Positions 20,055 to 29,729 of a stretch of DNA of 29,729 bases are shown piece by piece (within the stretch, counting starts at the first letter, position 1; each line of letters starts with the position of its first letter). Source of the stretch: Macrostomum lignano (lineage: Eukaryota); contig NIVC01004975.1 of the NCBI GenBank assembly GCA_002269645.1, positions 1-29,729 on the forward strand, read 5' to 3'. The position numbers were made by a program, and so were the translations under genes. The notes below the pieces were generated by a model. That model made no database searches, was not told the DNA's origin, and saw nothing but the letters and a program-made list of their open reading frames with translations.

Positions 20055-22740
20055 TTTCAGATTCCAGATCCCAGATCTGATTCCAGTTTTCAGGTTCCAG
20101 ATCCCAGATCTCAGATTCCAGATTTCAGGTTCCAGATCCCAGATCTCAGATTCCAGATTTCAGGTTCCAGATCTCAGATTCCAGATCTCGGATCTTAAAT
20201 CTCAGATTCCAGATCCCAGATCTCAGATCTTAAATCTCAGATTCTAGATCCCAGATTTCAGATCTTAAATCTCAGATTTTAGATCCCAGATCTCAGATTC
20301 CAGATCTCAGATTCCAGATTCCAGATCTCAGATTCCAGATCTCAGATTCCAGATTCCAGATCCCAGATCTTAAATCTCAGATTAGATATCAGATTCCGGA
20401 TTTCAGGTTCCAGATCTCAAATTCCAGTTCCCAGATCTCAGATCTTAAATCTCAGATTCCAGATCCCAGATCTCAGATTCCAGATCCCAGATCTCAAATC
20501 CTTAATTTCAGATTCCAGTTCCCAGATCTCAGATTCCAGATCCCAGATCTCAGATCTTAAATCTCAGATTCAAGATCCCAGATCTCAGATCTTAAATCTC
20601 AGATTCTAGATCCCAGATTTCAGATCTTAAATCTCAGATTTTAGATCCCAGATCTCAGATCTTAAATCTCAGATTTTAGATATCAGATCCCATATTCCAG
20701 ATCTCAGATTGCAGATTCCAGATCCCAGATCTCAGATCTTAAATCTCAGATCTTAGATCACAGATTCCAGTTTTCAGGTTCCAGATCTCAGATTCCAGAT
20801 TTCAGGTTCCAGATCTCAGATTCCAGATCCCAGATCTCAGATCTTAAATCTCAGATTCCAGATCCCTGATCTCAGATTCTAGATCCCAGATCTCAGATCG
20901 TAAATCTCAGATTCTAGATCCCAGATCTCAGGTCTTAAATCTCAGATCCCAGATTTCAGATCTCAAATTCCAGATCCAGATTCCAGATTCCAGATCACAG
21001 ATTCCAGTTTTCAGGTTCCAGATCCAGATCTCAGATTCCAGATTTCAGGTTCCAGATCTCAAATTCCAGTTCCCAGATCTCAGATCTTAAATCTCAGATT
21101 CCAGATCTCAGATTCCAGATTCCAGATCCCAGATCGCAGATCTTAAATCTCAGATCTTAGATATCAGATTCCAGATCTCAGATTCCAGATTTCAGGTTCC
21201 AGATCTCAAATTCCAGTTCCCAGATCTCAGATCTTAAATCTCAGATTCCAGATCCCAGATCTCAGATTCCAGATCCCAGATCTCAGATTCCAGTTCACAG
21301 ATCTCAGATCATAAATCTCAGATTCCAGATCCCAGATCTCAGATCTTAAATCTCAGATTCCAGATCCCAGATTTCAGATCTTAAATCTCAGATTTCAGAT
21401 CCCAGATCTCAGATCTTAAATCTTAGATTTTAGATCTCAGATCCCAGATTCCAGATCTCAGATTCCAAATTCCAGATCTCAGATTCCAAATTCCAGATCT
21501 CAGATTCCAAATTCCAGATCTCAGATCTCAGATCTTAAATCTCAGATTCCAGATCACAGATTCCAGTTTTCAAGTTCCAGATCCCAGATCTCAGATTCCA
21601 GATCTCAGATCTTAAATCTCAGATTCCAGATCCCTGATCTCAGATTCTAGATCCCAGATCTCAGATCTTAAATCTCAGATCCCAGATTTCAGATCTCAAA
21701 TTCCAGATCCAGATTCCAGATTCCAGATCACAGATTCCAGTTTTCAGGTTCCAGATCCAGATCTCAGATTCCAGATTTCAGGTTCCAGATCTCAAATTCC
21801 AGTTCCCAGATCTCAGATCTTAAATCTCAGATTCCAGATCTCAGATTCCAGATTCCAGATCCCAGATCGCAGATCTTAAATCTCAGATCTTAGATATCAG
21901 ATTCCAGATCTCAGATTCCAGATTTCAGGTTCCAGATCTCAAATTCCAGTTCCCAGATCTCAGATCTTAAATCTCAGATTCCAGATCCCAGATCTCAGAT
22001 TCCAGATCCCAGATCTCAGATTCCAGTTCACAGATCTCAGATCATAAATCTCAGATTCCAGATCCCAGATCTCAGATCTTAAATCTCAGATTCCAGATCC
22101 CAGATTTCAGATCTTAAATCTCAGATTTCAGATCCCAGATCTCAGATCTTAAATCTTAGATTTTAGATCTCAGATCCCAGATTCCAGATCTCAGATTCCA
22201 AATTCCAGATCTCAGATTCCAAATTCCAGATCTCAGATCTCAGATCTTAAATCTCAGATCTTAAATCTCAGATTCCAGATCACAGATTCCAGTTTTCAAG
22301 TTCCAGATCCCAGATCTCAGATTCCAGATCTCAGATCTTAAATCTCAGATTCCAGATCCCTGATCTCAGATTCTAGATCCCAGATCTCAGATCTTAAATC
22401 TCAGATCCCAGATTCCAGATTCCAGATCTCAGATCTTAAATCTCAGATTCCAGATCACAGATTCCAGTTTTCAGGTTCCAGATCCAGATCTCAGATTCCA
22501 GATTTCAAGTTCAAGATCTCAAATTCCAGATCCCAGGTCTTAAATCTCAGATTCCAGATCCCAGATCTCAGATTTAAGATCCCAGATCTCAGATTCCAGA
22601 TCCCAGATCTTAGATCTTAAATCTCAGATTTCAGATCCCTGATCTCAGATTCTAGATCCCAGATCTCAGATCTTAAATCTCAGATTTTAGATCTCCGATC
22701 CCAGATTCCAGATCACAGATTCCAGATCTCAGATTCCAGA
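20055..22740. repeat. 7-bp AGATNNN satellite, array 3 (about 2.7 kb) with higher-order duplication
   Basis: Same heptamer family. Rare variants recur at a 733-bp offset. Ends in (TTCAA)4 at 22741-22760. Confidence 0.97.
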
Positions 22741-22873
22741 TTCAATTCAATTCAATTCAAGTTTGCTCCACGTATACAGCCATTGACTACAAACTTTATA
22801 CCATTCTTCAATGACTCATTATTTGTCTAAATATAAAGTCTAAACTTTGTACTTTTTGACACAACTATTTGAA

Positions 22874-23037
22874 CAACTATTTTGACACAATCGTATAAAG
22901 TTTCGAGACTCGAAGTTAATTCTGAACGGCACTGTGTACTTTTAAAGTTAGTCTGCTTTTCGTCAGCGAGACAGCCACCTCAACCTCCGTCTCTCTCCTT
23001 CCTGGCCACTAGACAGATGTGTGAAAGGGGTTTAAAA
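22874..23037 (+). repeat. About 164-bp direct repeat, copy 2
   Basis: See 19853-20014. Confidence 0.95.
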
Positions 23038-23354
23038 CTAACTACTGTCCTACTACGAGCTATCTGATTGCGACTTGAGAGTATTCTGTCCCCACAATGA
23101 CAAACTGACTTTCCAAGCACTTGAACTGATGAGCCAGCAGATTTGTCTGTCTTGTGTGTCTGACCATACGCTCGTATATATTCTATATGTACTAATATAC
23201 ATTATAAATTTTAATTCTAAATTCTAGTATATTATATATAGTCGAATAGTTTTCCCATAAAAGTTTGAACGCTGACTTGCAAGCAGCCTACTAGGAGTTA
23301 TCGTACATTGAGAGAGGGCCACCGTTCTACACCCACCCCAAAACTGAGCACGCG

Positions 23355-23630
23355 GGCCAATGAGAATTCTCCCACGGTGAGTTAGGCAAGCCAACCCCTC
23401 CCTTTGATTAATGAGCCTCTCGCTTTTTGATTCAACGACGGCCACCACCCACGGTGTAAGTTAATTTGTGGCTTTATTCACCAGTATCAAGGAGCTTATA
23501 TAAAGAGCTGGAAAGAAAATTCTATCCTTGTCTCATTTTAAGCATAGGCCTGCATAGAGTATAAATATTTGAGCGCAAGCCTAACGGCTTTACTTGGTTA
23601 TTTTTAATTTGTCTTTAAATACAGGTAAGT
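23355..23630 (+). promoter_or_regulatory. Candidate Pol II promoter and first non-coding exon
   Basis: GGCCAATGA (NF-Y-like) at 23355-23363, TATATAAAG at 23497-23505, and a consensus donor CAG|GTAAGT at 23625. Motif arrangement only. Confidence 0.35.
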
Positions 23631-24256
23631 TCAAGGAATCGAATAATTTTAAAGCGAAAATGCCACTGTTTGAATAATTCTTAGTAAAATTCAGTTTTGC
23701 TGCAAGCGCACGATATCAAGTTTTTTCAATGGAATATATTAGATTATTCTTTCAACGAGCGTCATAAGACTTGGCGCCAAGTTTTTTGATTGTGATTTTC
23801 GCTTGCAAAAATTGTGGATGGCATTTTGAACTATAAAATTGTTCGACTTCCTAGAGTCTTACTCTGATAATACGCTTTATAATAACCAATATTTGCTTAG
23901 TTTTAAGCATATATAGTGAGTTTTAAGCTATGCGCATTTAGTTATAACAGACTTAGACATTTATTATAGGTAAATATTTACAGTTCATAATAAGCTATAT
24001 ATATATATTTAGTAATAAGCTATATATAGTTATTTCTGTCATATCTGTTATCTATCCTAGTGTCTATCTTAGTGTCTGTCCCAATGTCTTTCTTAGTGTC
24101 TGTCTTACTCCACTTCTCTCCCGTTGTCTCTCCTCTGCTCTCTCTCCCGTCTTCTTTCCTCTGCTCTCTCTCCGTCTTCTTTCCTCTCTTAGTACTCTCA
24201 TGGCTGTTCTCATGCTTTGATCACGTCTTCTTTCTTGCCAATTTGCAGTCCTGAAA

Positions 24257-24972
24257 GGAATTTGTGTATTTTAATCTCCACTGCAGTCTGCAGCAGTTTA
24301 ACAACAAAGGAAATACGCATTTCTTAGGAGGAAATTTAAAATTCAAAGCACTTTTAAGAGAAACCTAAAATTTCCATGGTGTGACTAATTTAGTAGGGTT
24401 GTATTGCATTGCATCGCCTTTTCATAAATCTTTCGCTTTTACAAACCATGCTGAATTCCCTCGATTTGCCATCCACTGTTAAACTGCTGCAGAGTTTTCT
24501 AATACAGACGACAGTGGTTAGAATTTCTCACTAAACTGTCATGGCTAAACGTAGCCTCTCCACGCGCGGGGGTACAGAGAAGGCTATTAAAAAGTTATTC
24601 CAAAACACTGTACATTTGCTATGTACATGTACATTCAGTCCTATCGCCTGACCCTTCGTCTGGCTCTGGGGGAATGAGTGAGTGAGTGGCACAAACAACA
24701 GAAAAAGCAGACAAACTTCACATGCTTACAGTTTCTTTTTCGGTTGAGTTACAGAGTTGAAACTTCCTATTTCAACTTGAAATTAAAACTTAAATATTGA
24801 AACTAATCAATCAGCAGCCCTAAGAGGAATTTGTGTATCTCCAGCTCCATCACAGTCTGCGGCAGTGTAACAACCAAGGAAATATGCATTTTTAGGAGGC
24901 CATTTAGATTTAAAAAATTACCTTATGCGAATCTTAATGTTAAAATCTTCATGGCGTAACTAATTTAGTAGG
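24257..24972 (+). repeat. Old diverged direct repeat pair (24257-24397 and 24826-24972)
   Basis: Shared anchors GGAATTTGTGTAT, CAGTCTGC(A/G)GCAGT, AAGGAAATA(C/T)GCATTT, TTAGGAGG and ACTAATTTAGTAGG in the same order. Confidence 0.85.
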
Positions 24973-25133
24973 ATTACATAGCCATCCACTTTTCTCTTTC
25001 CCACCGTTTCTAGTGCTCCCAAAGCACACAAATTTTTCCTATACACAAGCAATATACTGAACACAGACCTTTAAATCCAGGAGGTTCACCCTGAGTATCT
25101 GAGTGACCTGCGAGACAACTAGGAAGAGTAGGC

Positions 25134-25340
25134 TACTAAAAGTAGTATGAGGAGGACATGTGCACTATGGTTTCTAGACATACACTAGCATCACGAATCC
25201 GGCGCCTTAGAAGCAGCGGCTTACGGCTGTAACGGCTTACGGCTTACTAACTGAAATTGCGCTGGGCGGGCGGGCTGGTTTATCTGATTGTGGGGAAAGT
25301 CTTCGGAATTTTTTAAAATTTTTAAACGGACAGACATTTT

Positions 25341-25382
<42 letters not shown>

Positions 25383-25967
25383 TACATACAGAAGGACAGA
25401 CAGGCAGACAGACAGACAGACAGACAGATAGACACATACAGAAGGACAGACAGGCAGACAGACCGATACAGACAGACATACAGAAGGACAGACAGACTGA
25501 CAGGCAGGCAGACCGATACAGACATACAGAAGGACAGACAGACAGACAATTCCGAGAACTTTCCCTACAATCAGATATGAACCCTCGGGGCGAAATAGTT
25601 GGATGTGCCTATGTATATATTGTATTTAAATAAAAATGGTTCGCCCCGAGGGTTCTTACCCAGCCCCCTTTTTGGATTAAAAATCTTTGCCTTCAATTTC
25701 TTCCTTATTTATTGATCATACCATAGTATAAGCTTGGCAGGTTGTAATCAGTAAAAAAGCATTGCACACTGTTCCGATTTACATTTAAAAAAATATTACT
25801 TAGGACTGCCGTTCAATGCAACCAATTAAGTTCAATTCCAGCACCCCAGCAGCCTGGCTGGCTAGCCCTGGTTTGGCCACTCGGCTACGTTCTGATACTT
25901 GGCGGCACTGCATCCTACCATCCTACGAGTTATTGCATCCTACTACAACAGATAAGTACATTCCATC
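25134..25967. mobile_element. Helentron/HINE (DINE-1/pearl-like) non-autonomous block, copy 1
   Basis: Inverted repeat 25282-25300 / 25558-25576 (18/19) flanks a (GACA)n-type microsatellite (about 25330-25548). Perfect 16-bp hairpin 25579-25594 / 25640-25655. Homologous to 28487-29615. Confidence 0.55.
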
Positions 25968-27056
25968 CACAATTGACTCGTTCGTCTTAAGCAAATACCC
26001 TCCAGAATCCACCCTGGGTCTTTACCCTCCAGAATCTTCAGCAATATGTAACGAAGACAAAACTAACCAGTTAAAAACATTTTGCACTCTCATTCAGATT
26101 CTGCCCGATCGCTACGAGGGCTTCGAGCGCGCTCTGCCGTTGCCGGAGCTCTGGGCTGCCGGCTTTTTAATCTAGCCGGACCTGGGGCCCAGGATATGGC
26201 CTGGCCGCTGCGATGCCATAGGGCACCACAAATCTGCACCTGGATACCTGGATACTTTTGTCACCATAGCAAAACGAGTTGAAAGTGAGAAGCATATGAA
26301 TGCTTATTTAAAACCAGTTTAATTATTGGTTTAGTAACTTTAGTTTAGTGAAAACAGAATTAACTGACTAACATTGACAATTTTAATATATTCGCTATAG
26401 CTACCATAAAGCTCTCTAGTCATGCTACGCTATAAATTTACACTGAATGTTGACTGTTTACATACGTTACCAATTATTGAGCAATTAACTGATATCCACA
26501 GTCACTTATTACTCTGTATCCATGACAATACCTGTAAACTATTTTTCCTACTTAAATCCATCACAATAGTAATCAATATTTTATTGCCTAATAACTGAGA
26601 TATCTTTTAATTCTATAATGTCAAATCCTATTTTACAATTCAATACATATCAGTTTTCAAATATCAATTCTCTACTTTTATTCGATTTATTTTATACTGT
26701 ACTTCGATTTATTTATATTGATGCACTGCTTTATTACTGTTCTTATACTACTGTTCTTATTAATGTTCTTGTAGTTGTTTTTTTAAGAGAATAACTGTGT
26801 ATTAGAACTCCCACGACTCTCAACTACCCCATCTCTCCTCTTTCTACTGACTCCCTTCACTATCATGTTCACGTACCCTCTCCCATCTTCCCATGCACCC
26901 CATCTGTCATTTCTCTCCTCTTTTTCCCCATGCACCCACTTCTCTCCTATCTTTTCCCCTATCCCCCTCTCTCTAAAAAGTAGCCTTAGTAACTCAGAAT
27001 CAATTCATTTACTATTATTTATCTAATTTTCAATTTTTAATTTATCTAATTTTCAG

Positions 27057-27529
27057 ATGGGCAAAAAAAATCGATAAAAAAAACGTCCGGCCGTCCAGCT
27101 CCTGCCCGCCCGAACCCTCCCAACCCTGCTGCATCGGCCCCGGCCCCGGCGCCTAACCCTCCTGCCCGCCCGAACCCCCCAACCCTGCTGCATCGGCCCC
27201 GGCGCCTAACCCTCTTGCCCGCCCGAACCCCCCAACCCTGCTGCATCGGCCCCGGCGCCTAACCCTTCCGGCCGCCAGGGGCCTACAACTCGCCGCTCAT
27301 ATGCGGCTGTTGTAGGCTCCAGGCCAGCCCCTCCAGCCCCTGCCCCACGCCCTCCCCCCCCGCTGCTCAGCCTCACCCTTCCGCCAACCCGTCCCATCCC
27401 CTCCAATCCCTGACCCACGCCCTCCACCCCCCCTGCCGGATCTCACCCGCCGGCCCCACCTGCTGCCGCCAGATTTATTCCACCCCCTATCCATCGGGTG
27501 GAAGGAAATGGCGAAATTATAACAGAAAT
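27057..27529 (+). CDS. Paralog B exon 1 (apparent frameshifts at homopolymers): K-rich N-terminus, P/A/N repeats, GRKW motif
   Basis: TTTCAG|ATG start and phase-0 donor GTAAGT at 27530. Adding one base to each of four runs (A8 27063, C6 27175, C6 27228, C8 27354) gives 477 nt, fully open: MGKKKSIKK...RRSYAAVV...GGRKWRNYNRN. Confidence 0.5.
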
Positions 27530-27623
27530 GTAAGTTATTAAGTTATCGCATCAGTCTTTTATTCTTTTTCTAGTTTTTATTCAATTCAATTACAACCAAT
27601 AGAACCCTCAACATTTTTTTTAG

Positions 27624-27697
27624 AGAGCCGCTGTGCGGCAGTTCCTACAGCTTCAGCAGCAACTGCAGCTGCTACAGCTGGAAGCCTACTGCAAAGG
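27624..27697 (+). CDS. Paralog B exon 2: Q/L-rich helix
   Basis: T8AG acceptor; RAAVRQFLQLQQQLQLLQLEAYCK(G); phase 0 in, phase 2 out; donor GTATGT at 27698. Confidence 0.55.
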
Positions 27698-27778
27698 GTA
27701 TGTATTCAACTTAATACTTATACAGATCTAGAAATAACTATTTCTGATGGAGCTTTCTCCGCCAGAAAGTAGAGTAGG

Positions 27779-27858
27779 TTCGGGTTCTTAGAGGTTCGAA
27801 TCCTTAGAGTTTCAGGTTCTGAGAGTTTCAGCATCTCAAAGTTTCGGGTTCTTAGAGC
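27779..27858. repeat. 16-bp tandem repeat x5 (TTCGGGTTCTTAGAGG-like)
   Basis: Five diverged 16-bp units in the predicted intron 2 of paralog B. Confidence 0.8.
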
Positions 27859-27887
27859 TCTCGCAACCTCAATCACCCACACTACAG

Positions 27888-27959
27888 CTTCTACAACACC
27901 AACGGGCGAGGCCCACGAGGCGGAGGCGGCCCTGGTGGCGGCCAGCCACTCCAAGCCTA
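27888..27959 (+). CDS. Paralog B exon 3: RG/RGG-rich
   Basis: CTACAG acceptor; FYNTNGRGPRGGGGPGGGQPLQA; same donor GTAAGTTGCCA (27960) and phase as paralog A exon 3. Confidence 0.55.
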
Positions 27960-28066
27960 GTAAGTTGCCACACTACACAGGCTGTATTACATATAATGTA
28001 CATGTCCCACTTCTTTCCAACCGTGGCTTGCACCATCAGTACACCACATACCAGATAAATAAACGA

Positions 28067-28142
<76 letters not shown>
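28067..28142. repeat. (ATAG)19 microsatellite
   Basis: Perfect tetranucleotide run. Confidence 0.98.
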
Positions 28143-28144
<2 letters not shown>

Positions 28145-28420
28145 TCTCAGTAACCTTAATCTATTCTCTGTGTAATAAATCTATTCTCAGTGTCCTAAAT
28201 CTATTCTCAGTGTCATAAATCTATTCTCAGTGTCCTAAATCTAGTCTCAGTGTCTCAAATCTATTCTCATTGTCTTAAATCTATTCTTAATGTCCCAAAT
28301 CTATTCTCAGTAACCCCAATCTATTCTCTGTGTATTAAATCTATTCTCAGTGTCATAAATCATTTCTCAGTGTCCCAAATCTTTTATCAGTGTCTCAAAT
28401 CTATTCTTAGTGTCATAAAT
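28141..28420. repeat. 20-bp minisatellite, about 14 copies (CTATTCTCAGTGTCCTAAAT consensus)
   Basis: Exact 20-bp periodicity with point variants. Confidence 0.95.
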
Positions 28421-28486
28421 CATAGATGGTAGATAGTAGGATAGTATCCTACTAGTAGATAGTAGATAGTAGGATCTCTAGTAAGA

Positions 28487-28692
28487 TACTAAAAGTAGTA
28501 TGAGCGAAACATGTGCACTATAGTTTAGGGATATACACTAGCATAATGTTGTAAGGTCGCAATTTATCATTATTTTTAAAGATGGCCCGAAGAAATGGTC
28601 CTTTTCCACTCACACGTCTGATTTCTTTTCCAGATGGAAGTTGATTTTCTGCAAGGAGGGGCCTGCCCCGCCGCCGCCGCCGCCACCGCCAC

Positions 28693-28723
<31 letters not shown>

Positions 28724-29615
28724 GCCACCGCCTCGCCGGCTGAGGCGACTGCGGAGCGGCCGGCTGCAGCTACTTTAAGACTTTAAGCAGGGCTGGGCTA
28801 CAAATCTGATTGTAGGAAAGTTTGTATATATATAGATAGATAGGATAAAGGAATGGATAAAAATTTTACTGTTTAAGACATTTGGAATTAATTATTTAGA
28901 CAGGCAGACAGACAGACAGACAAACTTTCCCTACAATCAGATACGAACCTCGGGTCATAATTAATAATAAATAATTTAAATAATAAATTAAATAATAGAA
29001 AGTAATAAATAATAAGTAATAAATAATTAAATAATAAATAATTTAATAATTTAAATAATTTAAATAAAATTTGAGTAATTTAAATAATAAATTAATAATA
29101 AATTAATAAATTAGTAATAATGTTTATTGTTTATTGTTTGTTAATGTTATTGTTATTGTGTTTATTGTAATGTTGTTGTAATGTTGTAATGTAATGTAAT
29201 GTTGTAATGTTGTAATGTAATTGTAATGTTATTGTTAATGTTTATTTATGTTTATTAAATGGTAAATATTTAATAATAATTTAATAATGTATTAAATTAA
29301 TCGGCCCGAGGTTCTGCCCAGCCCAATTTTTGGAATAAAAATCTTGCGCTTCAATTTCTTCCTTATTCAATGATCATAACATAGAGTTTAAAACAGTAGA
29401 GCTCAGTGGTAGATGTTTCAGAAAAGTGTCATTATCAGCCAGTAGGCTTGGCAGGATAGTACTTAGGAATGCTGTTAATGCAACCAATTGAGTTCAATTT
29501 CAGCACCCAGCAGCCTGGCTGGCTAGCTGTGTTTTCGCCACTCGACGTTCTGATACTTGGCGGAGGTGCTTAGCGAGTTATTGCATCTTGCGACAACAGA
29601 TAAGCACATTCCATC
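28487..29615. mobile_element. Helentron/HINE-like block, copy 2 (diverged homolog of 25134-25967)
   Basis: Shared TACTAAAAGTAGTATGAG start, inverted repeat 28804-28823 / 28922-28942, short (GACA)n, hairpin arms 28945-28956 / 29303-29314, and a colinear 3' segment ending CATTCCATC. Confidence 0.55.
28634..28776 (+). other. GC-rich exon-like island with a (CCG/CCA)n triplet tract
   Basis: TTTCTTTTCCAG acceptor directly before ATG. Two open readings: poly-Ala (MEVDFLQGGACPAAAA...) or poly-Pro (GPAPPPP...RRLRRLRSGRLQLL). Coding frame undetermined. Confidence 0.35.
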
Positions 29616-29729
29616 TAAAGCGTCGCCTCAGCATTCCTGGCTACGCCGATGATCTCGCCCTGCTGTCCTCAACCGTCAAGGGCGCCCAACGTCAGCTGGA
29701 ACCGTCTGGTTGGCGTTGCTGCGAGCGTC
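29616..29729 (+). mobile_element. 5'-truncated non-LTR retrotransposon (LINE) reverse transcriptase fragment, runs off the window
   Basis: KRRLSIPGYADDLALLSSTVKGAQRQL carries the YADD catalytic motif (29642-29653). After a 1-nt shift it reads RLVGVAASV. It starts exactly where homology to the 25-kb block stops. Confidence 0.85.

Noticed and set aside
16906-20247. RFQIPDL-repeat ORFs (16906-17163, 20041-20247)
   Set aside because: Translations of the 7-bp satellite; stops appear as soon as TTAAA/TAG variants fall in frame.
25237-25549. SVCL-repeat ORFs
   Set aside because: Translations of the (GACA)n microsatellite.
25816-26175. 119-aa ORF
   Set aside because: The first half lies in the repeated HINE-like block whose second copy does not preserve the frame; the rest has no recognisable motif.

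Overview
This is not prokaryotic DNA. It is repeat-rich invertebrate metazoan genomic DNA with GT-AG splice signals, microsatellites and eukaryotic transposon families; the species cannot be determined from the sequence alone. No rRNA, tRNA or CRISPR array was found. There is one clearly intact gene, an intronless secreted PAN/apple + C-type lectin (5925-6662). Most of the rest is nested mobile DNA: an internally deleted Tc1 (DD34E) element at the window start, a Crypton/DUF3504-like mini-element, a foldback-type element built from 15-bp repeats, a decayed Ty3/Gypsy pol C-terminus split by a 1548-bp hAT element with a perfect 8-bp TSD, two Helentron/HINE-like blocks, and a LINE RT fragment at the end. 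Tandem repeats include a 35-bp minisatellite, three arrays of a 7-bp AGATNNN satellite (one with a 733-bp higher-order duplication), a 20-bp minisatellite and long purine-only tracts. The best candidate for something undescribed is a pair of paralogous three-exon genes (16.6-19.2 kb and 27.0-28.0 kb) that the ORF track misses. They share an upstream block, intron phases and architecture (K/R N-terminus, Pro/Ala repeats, GR[RK]W, Q/L helix, RGG box) and would encode a disordered, probably nucleic-acid-binding protein. All family assignments come from motif recognition by eye; no database search was run.
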